DNA of 58,642 bases. It comes from a virus. Taxonomy: Duplodnaviria > Caudoviricetes. The stretch spans positions 1 to 58,642 of IMG/VR virus record IMGVR_UViG_3300034683_000065. One strand, given 5' to 3'. Numbering within the stretch: position 1 is the first letter of the stretch; each line of letters starts with the position of its first letter. Under the pieces are notes generated by a model, which ran no database searches, was not told where the DNA came from, and saw only the letters and a list, made by a program, of their open reading frames with translations. This document shows, one piece after another, positions 1 to 8,667 of this stretch. Made by a program: the position numbers and the translations under genes.

Positions 1-127
1 AAGTAACAGACTTCAGAGCTTTCTGAACCTGACGTTCAACGTACTCCTGCATCGGCTTAGCGAAGTCAGGAAACTCTTCCATGAGCTCCTTAAAAGAGTC
101 AGGAAGATCGGGTTCGTCTGCAGCATC
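1..127. repeat. Terminal direct repeat (assembly overlap), identical to 58516-58642
   Basis: Exact 127-nt match. It falls inside the scaffold ORF, and 127 is a common assembler k-mer. Confidence 0.95.
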
Positions 128-535
128 AGCAGAGTCATTGGCAGGAGCAGCGGCCTGCTGCTTAGTCTGCGCCTTGAGCTCTTGATACTGAGCAGACAGC
201 GACTGCAACCTGCTGTTAAGAAGCCTAATCTGCGCGTCGCTTTCCTTTCGGGCTTGCTCAAGCAGATCCTGGTAGTTAACAGAGCTGTCGTCGCTTTCGG
301 TGCTTTCGTTTGCGGAGTCGGTACCGGACTGATCGCCAAGCTGCGCACCGGATTCGTCATTATCTTGGTCATCCGCACTTGGTTCTGTGCTGTGTGTAGC
401 TTTAATCACAGAAGGATCTTCAATACTAAGTCCATAGTTGGAGTTACCGACGGCGGTCTTAGCGCCGGATTCGTCGTACTCCTGAGCGGCTAGATCAAAG
501 GCTTCTTCAAAGCTAATGTCATTCGGATTAGTCAT
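1..535 (-). CDS. Capsid scaffolding protein, N-terminal part (continues at 58515..58028; about 340 aa in total)
   Basis: ATG at 535 reads MTNPNDISFEEAFDLAAQEYDES..., acidic/low-complexity then coiled coil. It is in frame across the junction with ORF 58028..58597 and lies between portal and MCP. Confidence 0.8.
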   Translation of the reverse strand, partial: MTNPNDISFEEAFDLAAQEYDESGAKTAVGNSNYGLSIEDPSVIKATHSTEPSADDQDNDESGAQLGDQSGTDSANESTESDDSSVNYQDLLEQARKESDAQIRLLNSRLQSLSAQYQELKAQTKQQAAAPANDSADAADEPDLPDSFKELMEEFPDFAKPMQEYVERQVQKALKSVT

Positions 536-610
536 GCGTTTATTTTAAAACTCTTAGTGTGTGCTGGCCCAAGGGGCAAAAGCCGAGTCTTAGGCCAGCA
601 GTTATAGGTG

Positions 611-868
611 TTAAGACGAGAGGGTGCCTTTCAGCGTCTCGTCACCATCGTCAAGCACGTCAAGAATTTTGCTGATCGCGCGGAGTTCACCGACAAGAAG
701 AGCAAAATCTTCTTGATCAGAGTTAAGGAGGCGTCTGTGCGCAAGTTCCTTTAGAACTCTTAGGTATTCAACGAAAACTTTTTGCAGATCTGCTTGGGCA
801 GAAAGCTTAAAGGCCTTTTCGTGCTTAGACTTTACAGCGTTAAGTGCACTCAGTGTTGAGATGGCCAT
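611..868 (-). CDS. Small hypothetical protein between portal and scaffold
   Basis: 85-aa helical ORF abutting the portal stop. Confidence 0.7.
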   Translation of the reverse strand: MAISTLSALNAVKSKHEKAFKLSAQADLQKVFVEYLRVLKELAHRRLLNSDQEDFALLVGELRAISKILDVLDDGDETLKGTLSS

Positions 869-870
869 GC

Positions 871-2979
871 TTACATACCTACAGGGGCTACTTCAGCTGA
901 AGTTGGACCTTGTGGTTGAGCACTTTGGGATTGCTGTTGCTGAAGAGCAGCAGCTTGTTGTGCCATCGCGTCGACATCTTGCTTCGCAAGCTTAAGGTTG
1001 TTGATCAAATCTTGCGGAGAGACGCCGTGTTCGCGGGCAGCCTCGACCATCTGACTCATCCAAGCGCGCTCTTCCTCAGCAGCCTGTTGCTGCTGCTGTT
1101 GCTGCACTTGCATTTCCTTTTCAGAGTACACCAGACCCTTATCGCCAAGGTCAAGTGCGTCTGCGATGCCACGAATGACGTTAGGACGCTTGACAATGTT
1201 GATGTCAGTCGGGTTATTAGTGATGGACGCGAACTGAATAAGGGTATTTGCGTACACTTCCTTAGCGATCAAGGACGAAGTCCCCTTAGCCACGATAGTG
1301 TAGTCACCCTTAATGCCCGGATCATCATTAAATTGCATATTCCAGTGGTACATTGCAGTAATAAACGGCTTAGTGATGCCATCGTCAAAGTTTTTGACCT
1401 GGTCTTTGATGGTAATGTTTGCACTTCCCATCATCATGGACAGGCCAGAAGCCGTACGACCAGCTCCACCAGCTTGTTCACCCCACATGTAGCGTGGAAT
1501 AGTAGTAACTTCGTCTCCGTACTCCTTGAACATGGCAGCAAGGCGCTCAAATTCGAGCGTGTACGAGGGAAGTTGGAACACTCGGATCGCCGGAGATGCA
1601 GCATCGGGACCAGCCCCTGTGCGAAGCCACGTTTTAAACGGCCGAATGTCCGTTGCGTCGTCGAGATCACTCAGAAGATCAAGGTTTACTTCGATCTGAG
1701 GGCCAGCACTGATGGCAGCGTTGTCGAGCATGGCTCTAAAAGCGCTGTTAGTCAGCTCTTGAACGTCCCGCATGATGGTCGGGATGCCCTCACCAAAGAT
1801 AGAAGTCTCATCTTTGTCGTAGTAGTAGAAAAAGTAAGGCCACTTTATGCCGTCCATGGGCATAACAGAAGCTTTAATCACGTGACAGCCAAGAACCCAC
1901 ACGTTTGCGGCCACTTCAAGGTTGCCTTTAAGCTTGTCTGGTACAGAAATACCAGCCTTTATGAGATCTTCAGCGTCAACGTAACCCCAAAACTCGAACA
2001 CTTCGTACTTCTTAGCGTGCGAATTAGCGCTTGCGTTTGACTGAACAACGTTACCAAGCGACTGAAGCTCGAGTTCGTGGGACTTTTTCTCAAAGTCACC
2101 GTCAGGATTGTCCTTCAGGTACTTCTTAATCTTCTTTCCAGCAAAGTCAGAGCGCTTAGTAAGCTCGGAAAGCTCGTGCTTGTCCATCTTCCTGCGCTGT
2201 ATAAGGTACCTGCAGTCGTCAATCGAAGTTGCTTCCATGTCAGGATAGATATCCCACACAGGAACAGACTCAATAAACGGGGTAACCTGGTCAAAGTGCT
2301 GCAAAATCCACTCACTTTTACCAGACTTACCTGTACTTTTCTTGTACTGCTTATTCTGAACAATGCTAACCAGCGGACCTTTAAGTATACCTGTGCCGTA
2401 AACGTTGCCACTGTGGACAACCTCACGCATTATTTCGCGATACTTAAGTTCAACAAGCTGGTCTTCGATGGTCTTTTCCATCCGCCTTGTCTTCTTGCGA
2501 GCTTCTTCGCCCACAAGCATTTCAAGTTCTTCAGGAGTGATCTGCTGCCCAGTCTCTTGTACGTACATAGCAGCAAGCATTTTCTGCTGCTCGTCGCTAA
2601 AGTCTGGGTACGGGGTAGGTTCGATACCCCAGTTCTTGTCTCCGTTAGCAGGGAACAAGAAGTCACAAAGGCGACTGTCAACAGTCTTTACCTTCGTACG
2701 TGTAATTCGAATGTACGCCTTGGATCTATTAGGATCCATTTTAGAAATCGTATCAGGATCGTACTGACCCCTGTACTGTCTGAGGTCTGTAAGCCAGCGA
2801 TCTTCGATTTCCTTTCGCGCATTCTCACTTTCCTCGAAGCACGACGACACAAACTTAGCGAGATCGTCGCCTTCTTTTTTGTCAGTCTTACCGTCTACGT
2901 TAACTTCGTCGAGAACCTTTTCTATTTCTTTCTGAAGCTTGTCGTCTACAGTAACGACTTCTACTTGAGTGTCTATCAT
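871..2979 (-). CDS. Portal protein
   Basis: 702 aa directly after TerL; podovirus portal-like motifs (FGEGIP..MRDVQ..NSAFRAMLDN, RTASGLSMMMG) and a Gln-rich C-terminal tail. Confidence 0.9.
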   Translation of the reverse strand: MIDTQVEVVTVDDKLQKEIEKVLDEVNVDGKTDKKEGDDLAKFVSSCFEESENARKEIEDRWLTDLRQYRGQYDPDTISKMDPNRSKAYIRITRTKVKTVDSRLCDFLFPANGDKNWGIEPTPYPDFSDEQQKMLAAMYVQETGQQITPEELEMLVGEEARKKTRRMEKTIEDQLVELKYREIMREVVHSGNVYGTGILKGPLVSIVQNKQYKKSTGKSGKSEWILQHFDQVTPFIESVPVWDIYPDMEATSIDDCRYLIQRRKMDKHELSELTKRSDFAGKKIKKYLKDNPDGDFEKKSHELELQSLGNVVQSNASANSHAKKYEVFEFWGYVDAEDLIKAGISVPDKLKGNLEVAANVWVLGCHVIKASVMPMDGIKWPYFFYYYDKDETSIFGEGIPTIMRDVQELTNSAFRAMLDNAAISAGPQIEVNLDLLSDLDDATDIRPFKTWLRTGAGPDAASPAIRVFQLPSYTLEFERLAAMFKEYGDEVTTIPRYMWGEQAGGAGRTASGLSMMMGSANITIKDQVKNFDDGITKPFITAMYHWNMQFNDDPGIKGDYTIVAKGTSSLIAKEVYANTLIQFASITNNPTDINIVKRPNVIRGIADALDLGDKGLVYSEKEMQVQQQQQQQAAEEERAWMSQMVEAAREHGVSPQDLINNLKLAKQDVDAMAQQAAALQQQQSQSAQPQGPTSAEVAPVGM

Positions 2980-2985
2980 AGCGCC

Positions 2986-4410
2986 TTAGTAGCCTCCGAT
3001 GGAGCTTGCTGCTTGATACTTTTTACGGTTGGCAAGTAGCGTTCTTTTTGGTTGTTTGTGCACGTACTCCATCATCGCGTACTGCAGAGCGTCGTGTACG
3101 TGAGAGTACTTATTCTTTGCGGGCTTCTCTTTGTACAGAATCCCGTTAACTGTCTTGGCTTCGTCAAACTTGTACTCGCTCAAGAAACCCTTTCTGAGAG
3201 CAGTACAACTAGGCCCAAGTTTGAATTTATCTCTTAATCTTAGGTAGTGAATGACAGCTTCTTTTCGTTCTGTGAACACGTTCGACTTAGCGAGGCGCAC
3301 AGGCAGACCGTTCTCTTTGAGTACGTCAAAGCCTGCTTTAGCGTCGTTCATAGATCTTTGTACTGTAGCCGGGTCACACACTACTCTGAAATTAGAAACT
3401 ATCCACGGGTACTTCGTAGTGATCAGTGGCCACAGGTGTTCTTGACAGAACTCTTGCAACGAACAATCTTCAGTGGCGATCTCGTCAAACACAAGCACTC
3501 TACCGTCTGGAGCTTGCTGCGTAAATACTGCAGCGGGGGTGAGGCCTTGGTCAACTCCTATAATTACAGGGACCTCTCGAAGAGGAAGAATCGGCTCACT
3601 TACGTAATGTTCGTTGTCGTCGTAGTCTTTGTAAACAGGTCTACCTGTTCTGACTTCACCGTAGTTGTTCATTACGTTAACGTTGATGAAGTCTTCGTCA
3701 GCGCCCATGACGTTGAGTTTGTAGTACTCTTCGTCTAGGTTTTCTACGTTGTCAGCCTCTGGGTTAACTACGTATTTACCATCTGGCAGCTTAATAACTG
3801 CAGACGGTTGCTTGTAAAAAGCGCAGCCCTCAGGCTTTGTTTCTTCAGCTATTTTGTACAACCAGTGGTCTGTGCTGACGGCGTTGTAGTCAAGAATAAT
3901 GAACGGGTTAACACACCCACCGTCCTTTCTAGCAGGATATCGGTTAAAGCGTGTTTTGAGCATTTCGAAAACTCTGTAGCTGACTTCCGAAGCTTCGTTG
4001 ATGTGGCACGACGTTACTTCAAGAGAACGAAGTTTTTCAACAGCTTGGTCGTCGTCTACTGCGATGAACAGAACTTCCATGTCTACGGTAGTGCCATCTT
4101 CCATCGGGTACCGTATACGACCTACAATCGGAGTACTGTAGGTTATCGTGATCTTGTCTTTAAACCAAGAGATCCACGACTTGACAGTGGAAGCTTTAAG
4201 AGATGGGTACGTAGCACGAACCACAAGATGTCTGCTGTGTCGAACCCCGTTGTGGTCAGGCTTCTGACGCATTGCGTTAATAAAGGCGTGAAAGATGCAC
4301 CCAGTACTTTTGCCAGAGCCAACCGGCCCCATAACAAAAATAAACGGGTTGGTCTCTCTGTGCACTTTACTAAACGTGGGTACAACCTTGTAGTTAATGT
4401 CTAGACTCAT
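2986..4410 (-). CDS. terL: Terminase large subunit
   Basis: Walker A GPVGSGKS, Walker B-like HINEASE, RNase H-like nuclease motifs IGVDQGLTPA and HVHDALQY. Confidence 0.95.
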   Translation of the reverse strand: MSLDINYKVVPTFSKVHRETNPFIFVMGPVGSGKSTGCIFHAFINAMRQKPDHNGVRHSRHLVVRATYPSLKASTVKSWISWFKDKITITYSTPIVGRIRYPMEDGTTVDMEVLFIAVDDDQAVEKLRSLEVTSCHINEASEVSYRVFEMLKTRFNRYPARKDGGCVNPFIILDYNAVSTDHWLYKIAEETKPEGCAFYKQPSAVIKLPDGKYVVNPEADNVENLDEEYYKLNVMGADEDFINVNVMNNYGEVRTGRPVYKDYDDNEHYVSEPILPLREVPVIIGVDQGLTPAAVFTQQAPDGRVLVFDEIATEDCSLQEFCQEHLWPLITTKYPWIVSNFRVVCDPATVQRSMNDAKAGFDVLKENGLPVRLAKSNVFTERKEAVIHYLRLRDKFKLGPSCTALRKGFLSEYKFDEAKTVNGILYKEKPAKNKYSHVHDALQYAMMEYVHKQPKRTLLANRKKYQAASSIGGY

Positions 4411-4446
4411 ATAGTGTTCTTTTTGGGAAGAAGCGTCAAATCTTTT

Positions 4447-4839
4447 TTAAAAGTTAAATTCTTCAGGGTCTTTAGTTGCAGGCTCTTCGGAGCTGTTTTC
4501 TATGTCAAGCTTAGGCAGCCCGGCAGCACCGTTCTCGTCAGTGGGGAACATGATGTTCACCCGGATTACTTCGCCTTGGTGCTGATTAACTTCAACGTTC
4601 TTGAGCTTCGGAACAATGTATCCCATGAGCTCTTGGCTGATCTTAATCTTTTCACCCACGCTAGTCTTGTTAGACTTCGCAAGGGCAACAAGCTCTTGAA
4701 GAGGGTCGAAGTTGAACTCGTACTGCAAGCGACGAAGCAGCAAGTCACCCTTCGTGTAGCCTTGACCAGTAGGAACCTTAGAGGTCGGAGTAGGCTTGGT
4801 GAGCAGGGGTCTACCTGCTGGTTTTTCGTTGTTACTCAC
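4447..4839 (-). CDS. Probable terminase small subunit
   Basis: 130 aa immediately upstream of TerL; GRP..., FDPL..L, and ELMGYIVPKLKNVEV patterns typical of podovirus TerS. Confidence 0.65.
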   Translation of the reverse strand: MSNNEKPAGRPLLTKPTPTSKVPTGQGYTKGDLLLRRLQYEFNFDPLQELVALAKSNKTSVGEKIKISQELMGYIVPKLKNVEVNQHQGEVIRVNIMFPTDENGAAGLPKLDIENSSEEPATKDPEEFNF

Positions 4840-4968
4840 AGCGGTGTTACTTCTTGTTAAGGTTTGTAGTGGTACACCCTAGCAATTTCTCCAGGTTCGT
4901 CTGTTGTGAACAGAAAAACTTGGCTGCTGTTAGGGCACATCCTCAGACACGATTCGCACGCAGAAGTG

Positions 4969-5268
4969 TTAGTCTGTGCAGACTGATCCATCTTTTGCGT
5001 GGTAGTGAAGGTACCTCCGCGCTTCTTCAGGCGAAAGCCTGTAAACGCTGAGAATTTGCTGCTGCATTTCTTCTTGCCGGCACTCGATCTTGTCAAGCTT
5101 CGACCAAATAAGCTGCAGCTGCTTTTGTACTTCACTTCGAGACTCTTGGAGTTCAGTCACTAGTTTGCCGGCGTTAAAGAACGTCGACCTACCCAGTGTT
5201 CCAAGAAATGTAGCAGTAGCTAGTAGTACGGAGACAGCTCCGACTAGCACTTCTGGATTGTCTAACAT
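4969..5268 (-). CDS. Membrane-anchored coiled-coil protein (possibly lysis-related)
   Basis: N-terminal hydrophobic helix followed by a coiled coil; first gene of the late strand. Confidence 0.55.
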   Translation of the reverse strand: MLDNPEVLVGAVSVLLATATFLGTLGRSTFFNAGKLVTELQESRSEVQKQLQLIWSKLDKIECRQEEMQQQILSVYRLSPEEARRYLHYHAKDGSVCTD

Positions 5269-5348
5269 TTGTACCCGTGTGTGCGCAATAGTGATGTGTT
5301 AAGTGTGAGCGTTCGAGCGTGTGTAAAAGTACAAATGTAACATACGTC

Positions 5349-5377
5349 TTGACATCTCCCCCATCAAGACTTATGTT
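5349..5377 (+). promoter_or_regulatory. sigma70-like promoter
   Basis: TTGACA-N17-TATGTT upstream of the HU/IHF-like gene. Confidence 0.55.
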
Positions 5378-5418
5378 TATTATCAAATACAAATAATACC
5401 ACAGGGAGGATTTGTCAA

Positions 5419-5970
5419 GTGGTAAGTGAAGAAAAAGTTAATATTTCTGCGAGTAGGTGTAGAAAAAATTACAACAAGGGTGACAGGGCTAATGATTACC
5501 TTGAGTACTACACGCTTCAAGAACTTCTTAAAGACCTGAAGATTATGTTCCCCAACATCCCGATAAGCGAACTTCGCAGACTTGTGAGAGCTATCTTCTG
5601 GATTTTTACTGAGTGTTTTGCTCAAGGAATGAACGTACGTATTCACAACTTCGGTCGGTTCTTGGTAAAGGATCTTCCTGCGCCCAACAGAGTGTTTGAC
5701 TTCTGGAACGGTGGTGACTTGCCTAATCCTCCGACACGTCGTAAAAGTGTTTCGTTCGAACCAGGCCACAGAATGCGTCACGTTATAAGTCCTACGGACA
5801 GTACTTACATTAGTGACTGCGGAAGGTACAATCACGAGTGGAACAGAAAGGTTAAGGCAATACACGAGCGCATAGGCAATGCTCTGTACCAGGCTCCGTA
5901 CGATAAGTTTGGAAACTACCTTGGTTACACAGATGAATTCGCGGAGTACTTGACAAAAGATTTTATATAG
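5419..5970 (+). CDS. HU/IHF-family DNA-binding protein with N- and C-terminal extensions
   Basis: V.I.NFGRF.V....P.R......G........R..V.F.PG..M pattern of the HU/IHF core; RBS GGAGG upstream. Confidence 0.75.
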   Translation: MVSEEKVNISASRCRKNYNKGDRANDYLEYYTLQELLKDLKIMFPNIPISELRRLVRAIFWIFTECFAQGMNVRIHNFGRFLVKDLPAPNRVFDFWNGGDLPNPPTRRKSVSFEPGHRMRHVISPTDSTYISDCGRYNHEWNRKVKAIHERIGNALYQAPYDKFGNYLGYTDEFAEYLTKDFI

Positions 5971-5990
5971 TTATACCATAGGTACTTAAG

Positions 5991-6233
5991 GTGAGTAAGA
6001 ATAATAAAGTAGTATTTAAATTTAGTATAAATAAAGAAGAAGTTAAAGTAAGAAAACTTAATAATTTAAAACCTACTAAATTCTTTAAAGATAAAAGTAA
6101 GTATAATAGAAAAGAGTTTAAGCTTAATAAAAAGAGCTTAGACTCTTTTTCTTTTTATATATATATATATATACCATCAGTACCTGGGGTTCCTAAGGGA
6201 CCTAAGGTTCTAGGTCTACATCAAGTTAAGTAA
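5991..6233 (+). CDS. Small basic protein with ArfA-like PTK..KDKSKYNRK motif and an internal terminator
   Basis: Lys-rich first ~50 aa; TTGACA-N18-TACCAT at 5950-5979; weak RBS. Confidence 0.45.
   Translation: MSKNNKVVFKFSINKEEVKVRKLNNLKPTKFFKDKSKYNRKEFKLNKKSLDSFSFYIYIYIPSVPGVPKGPKVLGLHQVK
6110..6156 (+). terminator. Intrinsic terminator-like hairpin inside ORF 5991..6233
   Basis: 15-bp stem AAAAGAGTTTAAGCT/AGCTTAGACTCTTTT followed by TCTTTTT. Confidence 0.7.
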
Positions 6234-6787
6234 CTTAGGAATACCTATAAGTAAATACGAAGTAAGTACTTATAGATACTTCTAAAGTAAATAACCATCC
6301 TTACCTGGTTCTCTTAAGACTACTCGAAGTACCTAAGGGACACGAATAGTACCTAAGCCCTCTAGAATTCTAAAAATATACGCGCGATGTAGGTGACATC
6401 ACAGGGGGTAGGGGCCACTCTGTGTCCCACGGTACCCCTCGAACCACCCCCCCCTATGGGAAAATTCGGAGCTGTGTGGTCTGGATAGAGCCACTCCAGA
6501 TAGCCTCAATTCCGATTAGATTAATCTAGTACGCTTCAATCCTAGTATCCTTCAATCCGAGAACGCTCCAATAGGATACAAGTTAATCACGATTGCCCTA
6601 CTCCGCTTCCGTTTCCGCTTCCGGTTCGCTCGCTTGCCTTGTGTATTATGCGCTATCCGTTATGCCTTCCTACCTTTCTTCCTTCCTGCCTAACTACCTG
6701 ATATCACTGGATATCTTTCTTTTAGTAATCCTTCATGTTTCCTTTGTAACATGCTGTAATCCTTGAGCTAATTTAAGTTTTTCGTTT

Positions 6788-6845
6788 TAAGGCACGATAT
6801 GCCACAAGATGACCTGCGGTATGCCTTGGTGCTTTACGTGCCCTA
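6788..6845. repeat. Dyad element copy 1 (TAAGGCACG-N40-CGTGCCCTA)
   Basis: Same arms, 40-nt spacing and central RCCTRNRGTAT as the copies at 18757 and 37278. Confidence 0.75.
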
Positions 6846-7240
6846 CAGGTCAATGTCGTGCGTTCTATGGGGTCTTGTGTGCTCGCTCAACATGTCATTC
6901 CTTTTTGGTAGGATATGGTTTTTCTCTTGTGCTACATTGGTACTTTGCTACTGCGACAACGTGATGTTGCTTTGTGTTACTTTGCTACTACAGTCGCACT
7001 ACAGTCGCGTTGCATTGCAAGTTGCATTGGCGCTAATTCACGTTGCTTTGCGTTGCGTTGTTTTTGCGTTTCTTGTGTTTGCTTGGCATGATACTTGCCT
7101 TTACGCGCGCATGTGCGCACCACATATGAACGTAGGTCTTGTGACGTGACGTGTTGAATTACTTCACTTTTCGCGTTTGGTGCTTGTGACGTGTTGATTT
7201 TACTTGATAAAAATCTTTTTCGGTTTTCTTGAAAAATTGT

Positions 7241-7268
7241 TTGACATCAACCTGCAATCTGGTATTGT
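7241..7268 (+). promoter_or_regulatory. Early sigma70 promoter
   Basis: TTGACA-N16-TATTGT with TG extension and an AT-rich upstream region. Confidence 0.7.
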
Positions 7269-7325
7269 TGCCTTGAACGTAGCATAACGATACGTTCCAC
7301 ATACTACCTACTTGAGAGGTTCGCT

Positions 7326-7829
7326 ATGTCCGTGGATACTGCACGTGCGCTGCGTGACGCCGAAGGTCGCAATGCTACCAGATTGCTTGGCAACGTCGAA
7401 CCTATCGACCTGCCTGTTGGCTGTAATGCCGGAACCATGCGCGAAGTTCCACCTATGGTGCTCGAAGTCTTGAAGCGAGACGTACGGGCGCAACTGGATG
7501 TGCTCAAGGCGTCTGGAGTGTCATGTCGTGAACGTAACAGGCTGTCAAAAAGCTTGTTACGTCTTGCCGTCGAACGATGGCATGAAGGTCGCAAGCGTGA
7601 CGCTTACAAGTTGCGCGCCAAGAAAGCGGGTGAAACCCGCAGCATCAAAGCGGCGAACAGACCGCGCGCAAAAAGCGAACATGGCACCGAAGCACCGCTT
7701 GAAGCGTTCGCTTCAGCTAGGCATAAACCTTGCCCGAAGAAAGCAAAGGGTTTGATAGGTTTGGCGGTCAAAGCGAGCGAAAAAAGTCAAGCACCGCAGG
7801 TAGTTGTCAGAAAAGCGAAAAAAGATTAA
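7326..7829 (+). CDS. First early protein, basic, unknown function
   Basis: 167 aa, RBS GAGGT, Lys/Arg-rich C-terminal half. Confidence 0.7.
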   Translation: MSVDTARALRDAEGRNATRLLGNVEPIDLPVGCNAGTMREVPPMVLEVLKRDVRAQLDVLKASGVSCRERNRLSKSLLRLAVERWHEGRKRDAYKLRAKKAGETRSIKAANRPRAKSEHGTEAPLEAFASARHKPCPKKAKGLIGLAVKASEKSQAPQVVVRKAKKD

Positions 7830-7836
7830 AAATCAC

Positions 7837-7866
7837 TTGACCGCTTGCCGCGAATCACGCTATAAA
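7837..7866 (+). promoter_or_regulatory. sigma70 promoter driving the putative large ncRNA
   Basis: TTGACC-N18-TATAAA. Confidence 0.65.
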
Positions 7867-7869
7867 GGA

Positions 7870-8545
7870 TTTGTGGCAAGCAACGGAAGACCGACATAAG
7901 GTCGGTACTCCGCCACAAGTGACAAGAGGCCGTCCGTTTCCGGATGGACGCACGAACACCGCGCCAGCATTGGGCGTACCGACGTAGCATGACGTCACGT
8001 CACGCAAAAGCACATAACGCTTTGCAGTATGCCCTTGCGCCATGACGCACCAAACATTTTAACCGGATTGCTCACGTTCCGTCGTGAGAATTAGTTATCC
8101 CCGCGCAAGCCACAAGGCACACAAAGCCGTCGCTTGCTACCTCAAAGACGCCGATACGTTCACGGACGTTCGGCACGACGTGAGGTGAAGCAACGCAACG
8201 TAAAGCGCAAGACGACGTGACAACGCCGACCGCCCTTTTCTTTGTGTGACAGTGTATCGCTTGTCAATGACGTTCTTCACGGAGAACGGAGACAACGCGA
8301 CACCGAATCCAACTTGTGGAGACCAGCGCAAGGCAGGAAGTTAGGTAAAAAGCCCAGTACCGACGCCATGAAGACCGACCGCCGATTGTTTCACGCGAAA
8401 CATTCAACGCGCAAGCCCAGTAATGGTTAATGCCAGTCGGGAAGACCTGATAAAAGCTAACTCCTGCTACTAGGGGCAACTATGGCATACGAAAAATGCT
8501 ATGTTGTGCCGACGGGGTAAAAATCCGGCTCACTTGTCACAAATT
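7870..8545 (+). ncRNA. Putative large structured ncRNA 1 (unclassified)
   Basis: No credible ORF; nested long-range helices 7919-7926/8533-8540, 8063-8069/8522-8528 and 8095-8103/8513-8520; many local hairpins; AGUA/GAA loop-E-like pairs; flanked by a promoter and a terminator. Confidence 0.7.
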
Positions 8546-8561
8546 GCTTATTTCACAGAAG

Positions 8562-8609
8562 AGGCTTCCCTACCGAAAGCTAATAGCTAGTACGTAGGGA
8601 AGCCTTTTT
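8562..8609 (+). terminator. Terminator or processing hairpin closing ncRNA 1
   Basis: AGGCTTCCCTAC/GTAGGGAAGCCT stem followed by a T-run. Confidence 0.7.
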
Positions 8610-8667
8610 ACATTGAAATTGGCAATGGAAGTTTCACATGAAACAATCAGCAAATGAGGTTAATACC

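Noticed and set aside
6799-7149. 116-aa hydrophobic ORF
   Set aside because: By-product of T-rich repetitive DNA, no RBS, upstream of the first promoter
7141-8003. 12-nt complementarity between GTGACGTGACGT (7141) and ACGTCACGTCAC in RNA 1, read as guide/target
   Set aside because: Short, low-complexity, and built from a word that is common throughout this genome
8137-8479. Short ORFs in the RNA 1 region (and 14817..15017 in RNA 2)
   Set aside because: No RBS and no codon bias; they overlap dense helices
7870-8545. tmRNA or tRNA
   Set aside because: CTCCGCCA at about 7908 is part of a local stem; no T-loop TTCGA or acceptor-stem pattern found
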